Assembly (NCBI GenBank): GCA_902781565.1
Contig: CACZJT010000005.1
Span: forward strand, 11,902 to 75,901
Length of the DNA stretch: 64,000 bases
Direction of reading: 5' to 3'
Source of the DNA: an uncultured Ruminococcus sp.
GTDB taxonomy: Bacteria > Bacillota > Clostridia > Oscillospirales > Ruminococcaceae
Under the pieces are notes generated by a model. It searched no databases, was not told where the DNA came from, and was given only the letters and a program-made list of their open reading frames with translations. The translations under genes and the position numbers were made by a program. Numbering within the stretch: position 1 is the stretch's first letter; each line of letters starts with the position of its first letter. Positions 8,542-17,899 of the stretch are shown here, piece after piece.

Positions 8542-8724
8542 TTATTCCTCCTTCCGTCCCGTCTGCGTTCCGAAATAGAACGCTATGACGACCGTAAAAA
8601 TGTTCATGAACTGCTCCCCCGAAACGACCTCCCGCCACGCCAGCCCGCAGAAAACCGCGGTCAGAGCGAGGGTCACGAGGGATTTCACTTTAAGAAGTCC
8701 CGCCATTCTTTGCTTTAAGCTCAT
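8542..8724 (-). CDS. Holin (two TM helices)
   Basis: LLKVKSLVTLALTAVFCGLAW...FMNIFTVVIAFYFGTQ; start position approximate. Confidence 0.75.
   Translation of the reverse strand: MSLKQRMAGLLKVKSLVTLALTAVFCGLAWREVVSGEQFMNIFTVVIAFYFGTQTGRKEE
8547..8566. repeat. 20-bp direct repeat, copy 2 (holin 3' end)
   Basis: Identical to 5594-5613. Confidence 0.9.
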
Positions 8725-8953
8725 GCATTTCACGCTCCAGTGTTTTGACCCGCTCTTCGAGAACGGGCATTTGCCTTGCGAAATTGTTGTGCTCCCGAAC
8801 CTCGGCTATGAGGTTGTCGAGCTTCGTATCCGTGACTGCCTGCACTGTTTCGAGCCGATGTGTCATTTCCCGATTGGCGGCGCGGGTGTTGATGATGACC
8901 GTCACGATCGCCACGAGCCCCGAAATAATGCTGATTATTATGCTCACGTCCAT
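8690..8953 (-). CDS. Lysis-module membrane protein (N-terminal TM plus coiled coil)
   Basis: VREHNNFARQMPVLEE motif; immediately upstream of the holin. Confidence 0.65.
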   Translation of the reverse strand: MDVSIIISIISGLVAIVTVIINTRAANREMTHRLETVQAVTDTKLDNLIAEVREHNNFARQMPVLEERVKTLEREMHELKAKNGGTS

Positions 8954-8962
8954 GCTATCACC

Positions 8963-9542
8963 TCAATCCCCGAGGGCGATGATGCCGTTGTAAAAATACT
9001 CCCTGCCGTTCGCGGTGAGTTTTGATACGACCCTGAAGTATTGAGTGTACGGAGTAAAATAAACGTCGGGCGTATAGCTTTCAATGTTTGCACCAAGAGG
9101 GATTGGCACAAAGGCTGTCGATCCTGCCGCTTTCATAGCATCACTTGGCGAATATACGAATTCATACATTGCTGTGCTATGAACAATATCGGCGCATTTA
9201 TAATACAAGCTCGATGTTGAGCTGCTTTCCTGACCGCAGAACAGTATCGCAGTCGTACCCATACTTGATTCGGTGATCCACACGGTGCTGTAATCCATCA
9301 CAAGCACAAGTCCCTTTGAAGTTTTGACAGCTTGTCAGTGTGATCTTTATATTCTTGGACGTTCCGTCGAATCCAAGTGTAAGCACGGGGGTCTCGCCGA
9401 CATAACAGGTGATATTGTCTGTTGCTCCGTCCATCTCCACGCTGTCAAAATAGCCCTCCTTGTTCGCATTCAGGAACGCATAGACCTCGGGAGCGTTTGC
9501 CGCCTGAGTTCTCCCCGTGAAAACCGTTTTTTCTATCGCCAT
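8963..9542 (-). pseudogene. Tail-distal protein split by a frameshift or internal deletion near 9330
   Basis: Frame 1 ...KNIKITLT continues in the +1 frame as AVKTSKGLVLVMDYSTVW...NGIIALGD. Confidence 0.55.
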
Positions 9543-9543
9543 T

Positions 9544-10245
9544 TCAGATGTCCTCCTTTTCCGCCTTGACCGTCAGCGCCGAGAGCATTTGCGCGGAGAG
9601 GGAGGCGCTGACGGGGGCGCTGACGGGGGCGCTGCCGCCCGAATCGCCGCCTATCCGATCATCGCCCACGTACAGCGACGTCCCATCGGTCTCGCCGACG
9701 ATGTACATGGTACTCGCCGAATGCGTTTCCATAGCGTCGTACTGCGCCCGTGTGAGCCGCTCGAAACTCATGCCGCCCAGCGCCCCGAAGCCCTGCACAT
9801 AGCCGCACACAGCGCTGTCCGCGCGCTCGTCGATGACCTGCACGACACCCTCCGCACCGACTATCAGCACAGCGAGGGAAATGTCGTAAACCGTACTGTT
9901 TCGCACGAGCGGCGCGGGGGCGTTAGCCGTGCCCTGTGCTATCATGAGCGTGATGTTCCGAGCCGCCTGCGAGAGATCGAGCCGCAGTATCACGCGGTCG
10001 TACCGCACCCCGCCCGTGGTGCAGGCAGCGGCTGTGAGGGTCTCGGGCTCGGTCAGCTCCACCCAGCGGGCTTGGAGAAATCCCCACCCCGCCGACACGC
10101 TCACAGTAAGCCCCGAAGCCGTGACCTCGAAGCCGCCCTCGATAACTCCCGAGGGTATCAGCCGAAGAAAATAGTCCGTGAGGTCGGCGGCGCTGTAGAG
10201 CCTGTCGCCGTCCGCGCTGTCAAAAAATCCGTACTGTATCGCCAT
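9544..10245 (-). CDS. Baseplate/tail protein
   Basis: YGFFDSADGDRLYSAAD...RYDRVILRLD...DERADSAVCGYV; LTRAQYDAM repeat. Confidence 0.75.
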   Translation of the reverse strand: MAIQYGFFDSADGDRLYSAADLTDYFLRLIPSGVIEGGFEVTASGLTVSVSAGWGFLQARWVELTEPETLTAAACTTGGVRYDRVILRLDLSQAARNITLMIAQGTANAPAPLVRNSTVYDISLAVLIVGAEGVVQVIDERADSAVCGYVQGFGALGGMSFERLTRAQYDAMETHSASTMYIVGETDGTSLYVGDDRIGGDSGGSAPVSAPVSASLSAQMLSALTVKAEKEDI

Positions 10246-10256
10246 TTTGCACCTCC

Positions 10257-10291
10257 TACAAACTATAAATTACAAACTACAAACTACAAAG
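10257..10291. repeat. Heptamer tandem repeat (TACAAAC) x5, degenerate
   Basis: TACAAAC TATAAAT TACAAAC TACAAAC TACAAAG. Confidence 0.8.
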
Positions 10292-11741
10292 TCGTCCAGT
10301 CCGAGAACGTCGGGAAAATGCGGTAGCCCTCCGCGTCCTCGACCTCTGTTATCGCCGTTATTTTTGCCGAGCCCCGCACTCCACGAGCCGTTTCGAGGTA
10401 GACCGTGTCGCCCAGGTCGTAATCGACGCCCGCCTTGTAAAGCCCCGTGTCGGCGATCTGCGCGTTCAGGATTTTCAGCGGCGGCGTTATCCCCGAAGTG
10501 CCCCGCTCCGTGACGTCGGCTTTGTAGTCACTTATCCCGCGGGCGCGGAGTATCTGCGCCTTTGCGGAGGTCAGGTCGGAGGGCGATATGGTCTCGCCCG
10601 TGTACGGCGAAAGCGTGACCCTCGCATAAACCGCGTTTGCAGGCGGGGTCAAGGTTGTCCCGCTCGTTACAACTCCCGGTGATGAGTAGGGGATGTACTC
10701 ACGATTGTGGTCGTAGTAAAGGATTTTGAAGTACAGGGTCTTGTTGCCCGTGCTTCGCGCCGCCGTTATGCTGATACGCTTTCCACACTCGACATACTCT
10801 CCACATCGTATAGACAGGTCGGTAGACACGTCGCTGCCGTCCATACTGCTGTACGTCCCCTGTTCCCAAGTGTACTCCTTGAGGTCAACGCTCACGCTCT
10901 CCTCGGTCGGCACGCCGCTCACACTCATGCTCCCCTCGCGGCGGTCGAAGCCCTGCGAAAGGAAGCTCCCCGCCTGCCGCACAAGGGTGTACGGGTTCGA
11001 GCCGTCCGCCTGCGTTTCGCTGTCGGGTCCCGTCGCGGACACAAATACCACGTTGCATTTATCGCGGATATCCACCTCGTACTCGCAGGAGATCAGCATT
11101 TCGTTGTCCGCCGAAAAAACGACGTGAGGCTTGTCCGAGCCGCGGTAGAACTCGAACGTGAAAACGCCGCCGATGAGCCTGCACCTCAGTCCGCGCCCGA
11201 ACTCGCGGAGCAGTCCGTCAACCGCCGTCAGAAGGTTCTCGCCGCCGAATGTCCGCGTGATGTTGTCCCCGGGGGCAGAGGGTGATTCCACCTCCAAAGG
11301 CGCGAGCTTGCGTGCCGTAGGGTCGTAGCTGTAGTCGCTCTCGATCACCTCGGGGGCAATCATATTGGCGAGCATGAGGTTTCGAGCCACCACCATTGGC
11401 GGATAGTGAGCGTATGTAGTCGGATACCCCACGACCCGCGAAGTCATCACTGCGTCCATAGTCCGCCCGCCGATCAGGATAGTTTCGCCCTCGGCGCTCT
11501 CGGAGAGCTTGAAATCCTCGATGTACATGGGGATATCGTCCCCCTCGCGGGTGACGACGAGCACCCCGATATCCGCGGCGAGAAGCGTGAAAAGCTCCGC
11601 GCTTGACGGCAGATAAAGCTCGAAATTCCCCGGTTCGTCAAAGCACCTCACCCACCGCACGGAGATCGGGCTGTCGATGACCGCGACGGGGTAGACCTCG
11701 CCGCTGACACCGCCTATTTTTTGAATATAGTAGACCATCAC
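10284..11741 (-). CDS. Tail hub/Tal-like protein (ReqiPepy6 Gp37-like)
   Basis: WVRCFDEPGNFELY...YKAGVDYDLGDTV...ITAITE; follows Dit. Confidence 0.8.
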   Translation of the reverse strand: MMVYYIQKIGGVSGEVYPVAVIDSPISVRWVRCFDEPGNFELYLPSSAELFTLLAADIGVLVVTREGDDIPMYIEDFKLSESAEGETILIGGRTMDAVMTSRVVGYPTTYAHYPPMVVARNLMLANMIAPEVIESDYSYDPTARKLAPLEVESPSAPGDNITRTFGGENLLTAVDGLLREFGRGLRCRLIGGVFTFEFYRGSDKPHVVFSADNEMLISCEYEVDIRDKCNVVFVSATGPDSETQADGSNPYTLVRQAGSFLSQGFDRREGSMSVSGVPTEESVSVDLKEYTWEQGTYSSMDGSDVSTDLSIRCGEYVECGKRISITAARSTGNKTLYFKILYYDHNREYIPYSSPGVVTSGTTLTPPANAVYARVTLSPYTGETISPSDLTSAKAQILRARGISDYKADVTERGTSGITPPLKILNAQIADTGLYKAGVDYDLGDTVYLETARGVRGSAKITAITEVEDAEGYRIFPTFSDWTTL

Positions 11742-12595
11742 ACACCCCCGAAAAGCCGATACACCGATATCGTCACCGCCGCATTGTCAATGCCGCTGTC
11801 TGCGGTCACGCCCAAGCGGTTCGCACCGACGGCAAGTTTGAGCCACCGCGACCCGCTCACCATGTACCGCAGGAGATTCGTGACCGTCGTCCCCCGCGTG
11901 ACCTTGACCGCGAGCCGCCCGCTCCGAGTGTCAAGGGTCAGCTTGTCCCCCGCCGCAAAGCTGAAATCGAGCTTGAACCAAGTCCCAGCCGTTTCGTTGG
12001 CGAACCGCAGACCCGTCACCGCGCCCGAGAACGTGACCTCCGCCACAAAACCGCACTCCACATCGCCGCTGTTGAGTATCAGCGAGGTCGGGTGATCGAC
12101 CACCTCCGACACGGGTATAGGCTCGCCCTCCTCGATGGCAAACGGCGCGGAGAACAGCGGAACAGAGTAGGACGGAATGAAGTCCTCGGGCGTGACCGAT
12201 TCGAGCCACGGGGAGGGGCAGCGCAGCGTGATGTCAACCTTCTCGGCGGGGGCGTAGATGTCGGGCTCGTGGGTCTCGACATAGCCGACGGTCTTTACGC
12301 TCCGCAGGCGGTTCGCGAACACGAGTGTCACGGGCTTTTTCGGCGTGAACGCGCGGTAGAGCCGCAGGCGGTTCTCCTCGACGTCCCCCGCCATGACAAG
12401 GTGCAGGACGATCGTGCGCTCCCGCGCGTGAGCCGCCCCGAACACCGACCCGTCCCCCGCCCCCGAGGAAGCCGCGATATCCGTCGCGGGAGGACCCAAG
12501 CCCTCAACATCGGTGAGGACAAAGCGGTCGAATGCGCGGGAAAGCTCCAGCTCCTCGCCCGCCGCGTTTATCACCGAAAGCGTGTATTCGTACAT
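11738..12595 (-). CDS. Distal tail protein (Dit)
   Basis: Follows TMP; EGLGPP...RERTIVL...VEENRLRLY...WLKLAVGAN. Confidence 0.8.
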   Translation of the reverse strand: MYEYTLSVINAAGEELELSRAFDRFVLTDVEGLGPPATDIAASSGAGDGSVFGAAHARERTIVLHLVMAGDVEENRLRLYRAFTPKKPVTLVFANRLRSVKTVGYVETHEPDIYAPAEKVDITLRCPSPWLESVTPEDFIPSYSVPLFSAPFAIEEGEPIPVSEVVDHPTSLILNSGDVECGFVAEVTFSGAVTGLRFANETAGTWFKLDFSFAAGDKLTLDTRSGRLAVKVTRGTTVTNLLRYMVSGSRWLKLAVGANRLGVTADSGIDNAAVTISVYRLFGGV

Positions 12596-15363
12596 TAAAA
12601 CGCTCCTTTCAGCTCCCGCAGAAGTGTCTTTGTCTGACGGTAGGTGTCCCAGCGCGAAAGCGCCTTGGGGCTGTTGTTCGTCTGGTTGAAGGTGATGGTG
12701 ACGCCCGAAGTCCCGCGCCCGCCGTCGGTGCTTACCGCGCTGCTCGCGTATCTGTCACGGCTCGGAGCGGCGACCGCTTCCGCCGAAACGGAAGGCACAA
12801 TGTCGCTGAGCCTGCCGCTTATGCTGTCTTCGGCTTCGCGGGCGATGAGCTTTGAAACGTCGCCGATCTCGCCCGTGAAACCCGTTTCAATGCCGAGTGC
12901 GAGGTTCTTTCCTATCAGCTTTTCCATGACTTTCGACGGCGAATTTATATCGAAAATGTCGCAAAACGTTTCAAGCACGCTGTCGCCCCATTCGGTGATA
13001 TTTCCCTCCAGCTCGTGCCACTTGTTCACAATACCTTCCCATATGCCGCCTATAATATCGCCGCCAATGCGGGTGAAGCTGTCCCAAAGACCGCCCCAGA
13101 AGTCCTTGATATCCGTCCATATCGTTTCAAAAGTTTCAAGTACGCTGTCGCCCCATTCGAGCATAGCGCTCGCAAACTCGGGGCTGTTGAAGCCATCGAC
13201 CAGCTTCATTATGAGGTCGCCGCCCGCCTCGATCAGCTTGTCGTAAAGCTCGGGGAGATAGCCTATCAGCTTTTCGATCAGCGCGAACAGCTTTTCCTCC
13301 AGCTCGGGAGCGTTGTCGTAGATCGCCTTGCCGACCGCCTTGACGATCTCCCACACACAGTCGGCGAACAGATCGATGTTGTCTATGATACACTCCGCGA
13401 GGGTCTTTGACACCTCGATGACCGTGTCGAGAAGCGGCACGATGTTGTTCGTGAGCATATCCGCCGCGCTCCCGATGACGAGCTTCACGCACTCGGTCAG
13501 CGCGGGGAGAAGCACGGGAAGTATCTCGGGCAGCGCTTCGCCGAGCTTCATGAGCAGCTCGTTCACCGTGTCTATGAGCATGGGGAGCGCTTCGAGAAGC
13601 CCCCGCAGTATCTCGGGCAAGGCATTCACAAAGCCCGCCAGCAGGTCGGGCAGAGCTTCGATGAGCGCTCCGAGAAGCTCTCCCGCCGCTTCGATCAGCA
13701 CGGGCAGGGCTTCGGTCAAAGCCGCGCCGACATCGGGCAGGGCGTCGATCATCGTCTGCAAGATCATCGGCACGTACTCCGCAAGGGCGAGCGCCGCCTG
13801 CGAGAGCATTTCAGCCGCACCCGCTATCATTTCGGGGAGCAGTCCGAGCCCCGCGCTTATGAGCTGCGAGACAAGCTCTCCCACCGCGGGGAACAGCAGC
13901 GGAGCGTTCGCGGTGATCGCCGCGCCTATCTCCCTTACAGCCTGCGCGATGAGCGGCACGGCTCCCGAAACGGCTTTCAGCGCCTCGGGCAGAGCGCCCG
14001 CGAACGCCTTGATAAAGCCCTCCGAAAGGCTCACGGCGGCGGTGAGGACGTCGGGCAGAATGTCCGAGACCTTGCCGAGAAGCTCCTCAAAGACCTCCCC
14101 GAAGGCTTTAGCCGCACCCGTTATGCCGCCCTCGGTGAATGCAGCGGTTATCCTCGAAAGCCCGTCCGTGCCCGTCTGAACGAAGTCCCGCACTGCGGGC
14201 ATTACCGTATCGGATATCTCGATCTTGAAGCCTTCAAGTGCCGAGTTCCACTTGTCGATATCCCCCGCGAGGTTGTCGGTCATGGTCTCGTACTGCTTCG
14301 CCGCCTCACCCGCGCTTCCCGCAAGAGCCGCCGACCATTCTTTCTGTTTGTCGATGGAGGTCACGACCATTTTATTGTAGGCTTCCTGCCCCTGAATGCC
14401 GAAGATCGTGTTGATATATGCCGCCTGCTGTTCGTCGCCGTAACGGGAGAGCGAAGCGTTCAGCTCATTGATAACGGTGTTGATGTCGCGGTAGTTCCCC
14501 GCGCTGTCGAACGCCGCCACGCCCAGCTCGGCAAGTGCCGCCTTAGCCTGATCGGTGGGGGTGTACAGGTTCTTCATCGCCGCCGAAAGCATGGTGGAAG
14601 CGTTAGCACCGACCTCGCCCTGCTCCGCAAGCCGCAGGAGTGCGACTGTCATGCTGTCGGCGCTCTGCTTGTAAGCCTTGCCCTGCGCCGCCGAGCCCGC
14701 GAGCGCTTCACCCAGCTGTGCGACGTTGGTGTTCGCAAGAGTAGCGCCTTTTGCCATCAGATCGGCGTAGTATGCGCTGTCCTTGGTCGCGTCCCCGAAG
14801 CCCTTCATAGCTCCCGAGATATCGGCGGCAGCCGTGGACATCTCCATAGTTCCCGCCGCCGCAAGGTGAAGAACGTCCTCTATCATGCCGACGGAGTGTT
14901 CCGCGTCATAGCCCGACATCGCGAGGATATTCAAGCCTTCCGCCGCCTGCGCCGCGGAGAAATTCGTATCCGCGCCCATCTCCTTAGCCTTGTCGCGGAG
15001 CAGGTCGAAGGTCTCTCCCGCGCCGTCGATGTTGCTCTCGATCTCGGCGGTGGTCATACCCATAGTGGCGGCTATCTGTGACATCTGACTGTCGAAAGCC
15101 GAGCCGACGTTCACACTGTCAGCCACGAAGCCCGTGACCTCCGAGACCGCCGACTTCATCAGCTCCGCGACCTTGCCGCCGATACCTTCCAGCGCCGAGA
15201 GCAGACCGCCGCTCAGAGCGCCGCCCAGCAGAGAGCCCGCTTTGTCGCCCGCGCTCTTCATCTCGCCGCCGAGAAGCGAGTTCATCTGCGCCCCGATACC
15301 CTCCACCGAGGGGAGTATCTGCACATAAGCCTTACCTATCGTACTCGACTTATTTCCCGCCAC
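12595..15363 (-). CDS. Tail tape measure protein
   Basis: 922 aa; IGKAYVQILPS, TP901-type core (KAKEMGADTNFSAAQAAEG), amphipathic LP repeats, INSPSKVM. Confidence 0.92.
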   Translation of the reverse strand: MAGNKSSTIGKAYVQILPSVEGIGAQMNSLLGGEMKSAGDKAGSLLGGALSGGLLSALEGIGGKVAELMKSAVSEVTGFVADSVNVGSAFDSQMSQIAATMGMTTAEIESNIDGAGETFDLLRDKAKEMGADTNFSAAQAAEGLNILAMSGYDAEHSVGMIEDVLHLAAAGTMEMSTAAADISGAMKGFGDATKDSAYYADLMAKGATLANTNVAQLGEALAGSAAQGKAYKQSADSMTVALLRLAEQGEVGANASTMLSAAMKNLYTPTDQAKAALAELGVAAFDSAGNYRDINTVINELNASLSRYGDEQQAAYINTIFGIQGQEAYNKMVVTSIDKQKEWSAALAGSAGEAAKQYETMTDNLAGDIDKWNSALEGFKIEISDTVMPAVRDFVQTGTDGLSRITAAFTEGGITGAAKAFGEVFEELLGKVSDILPDVLTAAVSLSEGFIKAFAGALPEALKAVSGAVPLIAQAVREIGAAITANAPLLFPAVGELVSQLISAGLGLLPEMIAGAAEMLSQAALALAEYVPMILQTMIDALPDVGAALTEALPVLIEAAGELLGALIEALPDLLAGFVNALPEILRGLLEALPMLIDTVNELLMKLGEALPEILPVLLPALTECVKLVIGSAADMLTNNIVPLLDTVIEVSKTLAECIIDNIDLFADCVWEIVKAVGKAIYDNAPELEEKLFALIEKLIGYLPELYDKLIEAGGDLIMKLVDGFNSPEFASAMLEWGDSVLETFETIWTDIKDFWGGLWDSFTRIGGDIIGGIWEGIVNKWHELEGNITEWGDSVLETFCDIFDINSPSKVMEKLIGKNLALGIETGFTGEIGDVSKLIAREAEDSISGRLSDIVPSVSAEAVAAPSRDRYASSAVSTDGGRGTSGVTITFNQTNNSPKALSRWDTYRQTKTLLRELKGAF

Positions 15364-15364
15364 T

Positions 15365-15736
15365 TTACGCTGACCCCCTTATCCTCGCAAGCTCGTGCTC
15401 CAGCTCCTCCGCCGTCCCGAACGACTTCACCCGCGTTTCCTCTCTTATCGTGAGGTCGAGCGGTGAGGGCTTTTTCGCCTTGAAGCCCGCGCCCCTCGCG
15501 GTATAGTAGCTCACCTGCGAGAGCTTGTCCCACAGAAGCACCGTTCCCTCGTCAAGCCCGAAATGCTCGTTTCTGAGCCGCCGCTGAATGCGGCAGTCGG
15601 GGCGAAGCCCGCAGGCTAAAACGGCGGCTTTATGCGGCGAGAGCCCGTGCAGTTCGCCGCAGTAGCCGTAATACTCCGCTAAGTCGCATTCGAGCTCATC
15701 TCGGCATTCGCCGAGAAAAAACGCGAGGGTCAGTTC
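15365..15736 (-). CDS. Tail assembly chaperone extension (gpT-like, DUF5361-like), reached by -1 frameshift
   Basis: Open frame without own start: ELTLAFFLGECRDELECDLAEYY...AAVLACGLRPDCRI...RIRGSA; ends 2 nt before the TMP start. Confidence 0.8.
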   Translation of the reverse strand, partial: ELTLAFFLGECRDELECDLAEYYGYCGELHGLSPHKAAVLACGLRPDCRIQRRLRNEHFGLDEGTVLLWDKLSQVSYYTARGAGFKAKKPSPLDLTIREETRVKSFGTAEELEHELARIRGSA

Positions 15737-15996
15737 TTTTTTTTACCTCTGTTCGCGGCTGCGGTCATGATGTCGGTGAGTTCCGTTCTCATAGCCTTGA
15801 CCGTGACCTTGCCGCTCCGGGTGTCCCTGCAATGCTCTTTGAGCGCCGCAGCGCCCTCGGCGCCTATCAGCCTTTCGAGCACGGCGGGCAGCTTCAAACC
15901 GTTACCGCCCTCCAGCTCTCCGAGAAGCTCGATAAACTCCCAGTCATCAAAAACGCCTTCTGCTATCTCAAACTCAAATCCCGTGTTGGTAGTCAT
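15730..15996 (-). CDS. Tail assembly chaperone (gpG-like)
   Basis: MTTNTGFEFEI...DDWEFIE...GKKKN; ends with slippery A AAA AAG. Confidence 0.85.
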   Translation of the reverse strand: MTTNTGFEFEIAEGVFDDWEFIELLGELEGGNGLKLPAVLERLIGAEGAAALKEHCRDTRSGKVTVKAMRTELTDIMTAAANRGKKKN

Positions 15997-16012
15997 TCGG
16001 AAGCCCTCCTTT

Positions 16013-16579
16013 TTACGGCTTGATAAAATGCTCGTAGTGAGTGTTGCCCTCGCTGTCGGGATAAGCCGTGATCTCGCACTCGTAGCCCACGGCTTCCTCG
16101 TCGTTGTAGACCACCTCGCTGACGTTCGTGACCTTGCCCGAGGGAATGACCACACGTTTCAGAACGCCGCCGTTCATCACCATGTCGAACACCCACGCCT
16201 TTTCGGGCAGCTCCTGGGAATTCACGTTGACGGTGAGCCCCGCTGCCACAGAGCCTGTTACGTTGTCGTCGCCGTGTACGATCTTCAGCACCTCGGGGTT
16301 CAGAGCCTCGATAAACGTCACCGTGAACGTGTCGGTCTTCTCGGTCTGAGGGGAAAGCACGATATCTCCGCCCCATGCCTTGATGTTGTTGCTCGAACGC
16401 TCGCCGTTGTTGGTGAGCCCGTCCTCCGAGATATAGCCCAGCCCGACGAAGGCTTGATCGAGCGCGGTGGCAGCGTCGGTCGGCAGGGTCGAGCCCGTGG
16501 GGGCTGCGAACGCCGCACCGCCGTATCTCGGCTTGCCTGTCGTAACGTTGCTCTTGTTATTGGTAGTAGTTTCGGACAT
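16013..16579 (-). CDS. Major tail protein
   Basis: NVTTGKP..GG..APTG..LPTDA...LGYISEDGLTN...IKAWGGD. Confidence 0.9.
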   Translation of the reverse strand: MSETTTNNKSNVTTGKPRYGGAAFAAPTGSTLPTDAATALDQAFVGLGYISEDGLTNNGERSSNNIKAWGGDIVLSPQTEKTDTFTVTFIEALNPEVLKIVHGDDNVTGSVAAGLTVNVNSQELPEKAWVFDMVMNGGVLKRVVIPSGKVTNVSEVVYNDEEAVGYECEITAYPDSEGNTHYEHFIKP

Positions 16580-16581
16580 TG

Positions 16582-16935
16582 TTATTCCTCCTCGTAATAT
16601 GTTATCTCAAATAATGCCTGCATTCCGAAACGGCGGGTCTCGGGGTCGGTGAGATCGCTGTCGGAATTGCACCTTACGCGGGTGAAGCGATCATCGGCTT
16701 CAAGCTCTGCCATCGCCCTTTTTACCCGCTCGTTCAGCTCCATAGCGCCGCCGATACTGTCCGCGTTTATGCTCCTTACCGCCAGCAGGACCGAGTTTAT
16801 GACCCTCGCTGCCCCCTCGGAGCTTCCTATCCTGCCGATCAGGACGTACTCCCTCGGTGGCTTTGCCGGCTCGGTAAAGTACACCCCGCACCCCAGCGCT
16901 TCAAGCAGTTTCTCACGTATGATCTTCTCTATCAT
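16582..16935 (-). CDS. Tail terminator/completion protein
   Basis: Position; MIEKII...ELNERVK...NSDSD. Confidence 0.7.
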   Translation of the reverse strand: MIEKIIREKLLEALGCGVYFTEPAKPPREYVLIGRIGSSEGAARVINSVLLAVRSINADSIGGAMELNERVKRAMAELEADDRFTRVRCNSDSDLTDPETRRFGMQALFEITYYEEE

Positions 16936-17174
16936 TTCCCGAACACCGCCTTCAAGATCGTATTTTGCACGTAGTTCTCATGCTTTGCCCTGCCGCTCTC
17001 GGGGTAGACAGCGGCGTTCACGCGGTTTCTGCCCTTTCTGACATCGACCGCGTAACCGCTCCCCAGCCGCCCGACGACTTCATCGGCATAGTCCCTTACC
17101 GTTTCCTCGACCTCGGGGGACTTCAAAAGCTCCCGAACGCCGCGCCTGTCAAGAGTGAATATCCTCCTGCTCAT
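16932..17174 (-). CDS. Neck protein
   Basis: GVRELLKSPEV...GRNRVNAAV...NTILKA. Confidence 0.7.
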   Translation of the reverse strand: MSRRIFTLDRRGVRELLKSPEVEETVRDYADEVVGRLGSGYAVDVRKGRNRVNAAVYPESGRAKHENYVQNTILKAVFGK

Positions 17175-17508
17175 AGCGTATCACTCCGATCTTTTTGTGC
17201 CATGCGGTGGGTATGAGCTTTTCTATGCCCTCGACCGCCGCTCCCGTCGTCATGAAGGTCTTGCCGAAGAACCTCACCGAGGTATTCTCCCATTCGTGCG
17301 TATCGCCTTTGGGGATACCGAGAGTGTACCTTATGCGCCGACCCGTGAGGTTGTACTCGTTCAGCACCTCATCGGGCTCGGGCTGTCCGACCAGCACGTT
17401 ATCGACCGCGACCCATGCGGTATCATAGATCGGCTCACCGTATTCGTTCTCGCCCGTCTGTGTTTTTACAAGCAGCTCGACGGGTATGCCCCAGTTATTT
17501 CGTGCCAT
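17149..17508 (-). CDS. Head closure/head-tail adaptor
   Basis: VDNVLVG...YTLGIPKGDTHEW...FFG. Confidence 0.75.
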   Translation of the reverse strand: MARNNWGIPVELLVKTQTGENEYGEPIYDTAWVAVDNVLVGQPEPDEVLNEYNLTGRRIRYTLGIPKGDTHEWENTSVRFFGKTFMTTGAAVEGIEKLIPTAWHKKIGVIRYEQEDIHS

Positions 17509-17899
17509 CTCCGTACACCTCCAAAGCCCCGTATCGCTGACGGAGCACGCCGAGCTCGTCAAGCTCGTTGCGCAGAAAGTACAGCGCCTGCCCCGCGTTG
17601 ACGTAGCTCCACGAAGCCGAGTACCCGAGCCCCGCCTGCGATTCCTGCGTCACCGCCGCACTGTCCTCCGCGTAGACCGATATCGCCCGCAGGACTGATT
17701 TGACTGTGATATCCTTAGCGATCAGCCCGACGTCCTCGCTCTCGGCTATCATGTTGTCGAGGTCGAAGCCGTAATCCCCGCACTCACGCCGAAGCAGAGC
17801 CGAGGCACTCGTCAGAAGCACCTCAGCCTGTGTCCGCTCGCGGTCGGAGAGGCCGCGGAAAAGCTCAACGTCCTCTACCGTCGCATAGACCGCTCCCAT
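17495..17899 (-). CDS. Head-tail connector (Gp19/Gp15/Gp42 family)
   Basis: YATVEDV...ESQAGLGYSASWSY...LG. Confidence 0.8.
   Translation of the reverse strand: MGAVYATVEDVELFRGLSDRERTQAEVLLTSASALLRRECGDYGFDLDNMIAESEDVGLIAKDITVKSVLRAISVYAEDSAAVTQESQAGLGYSASWSYVNAGQALYFLRNELDELGVLRQRYGALEVYGDGTK

Noticed and set aside
13300-14100. Periodic LP repeats in the tape measure protein
   Set aside because: Normal amphipathic repeat structure of tape measure proteins.
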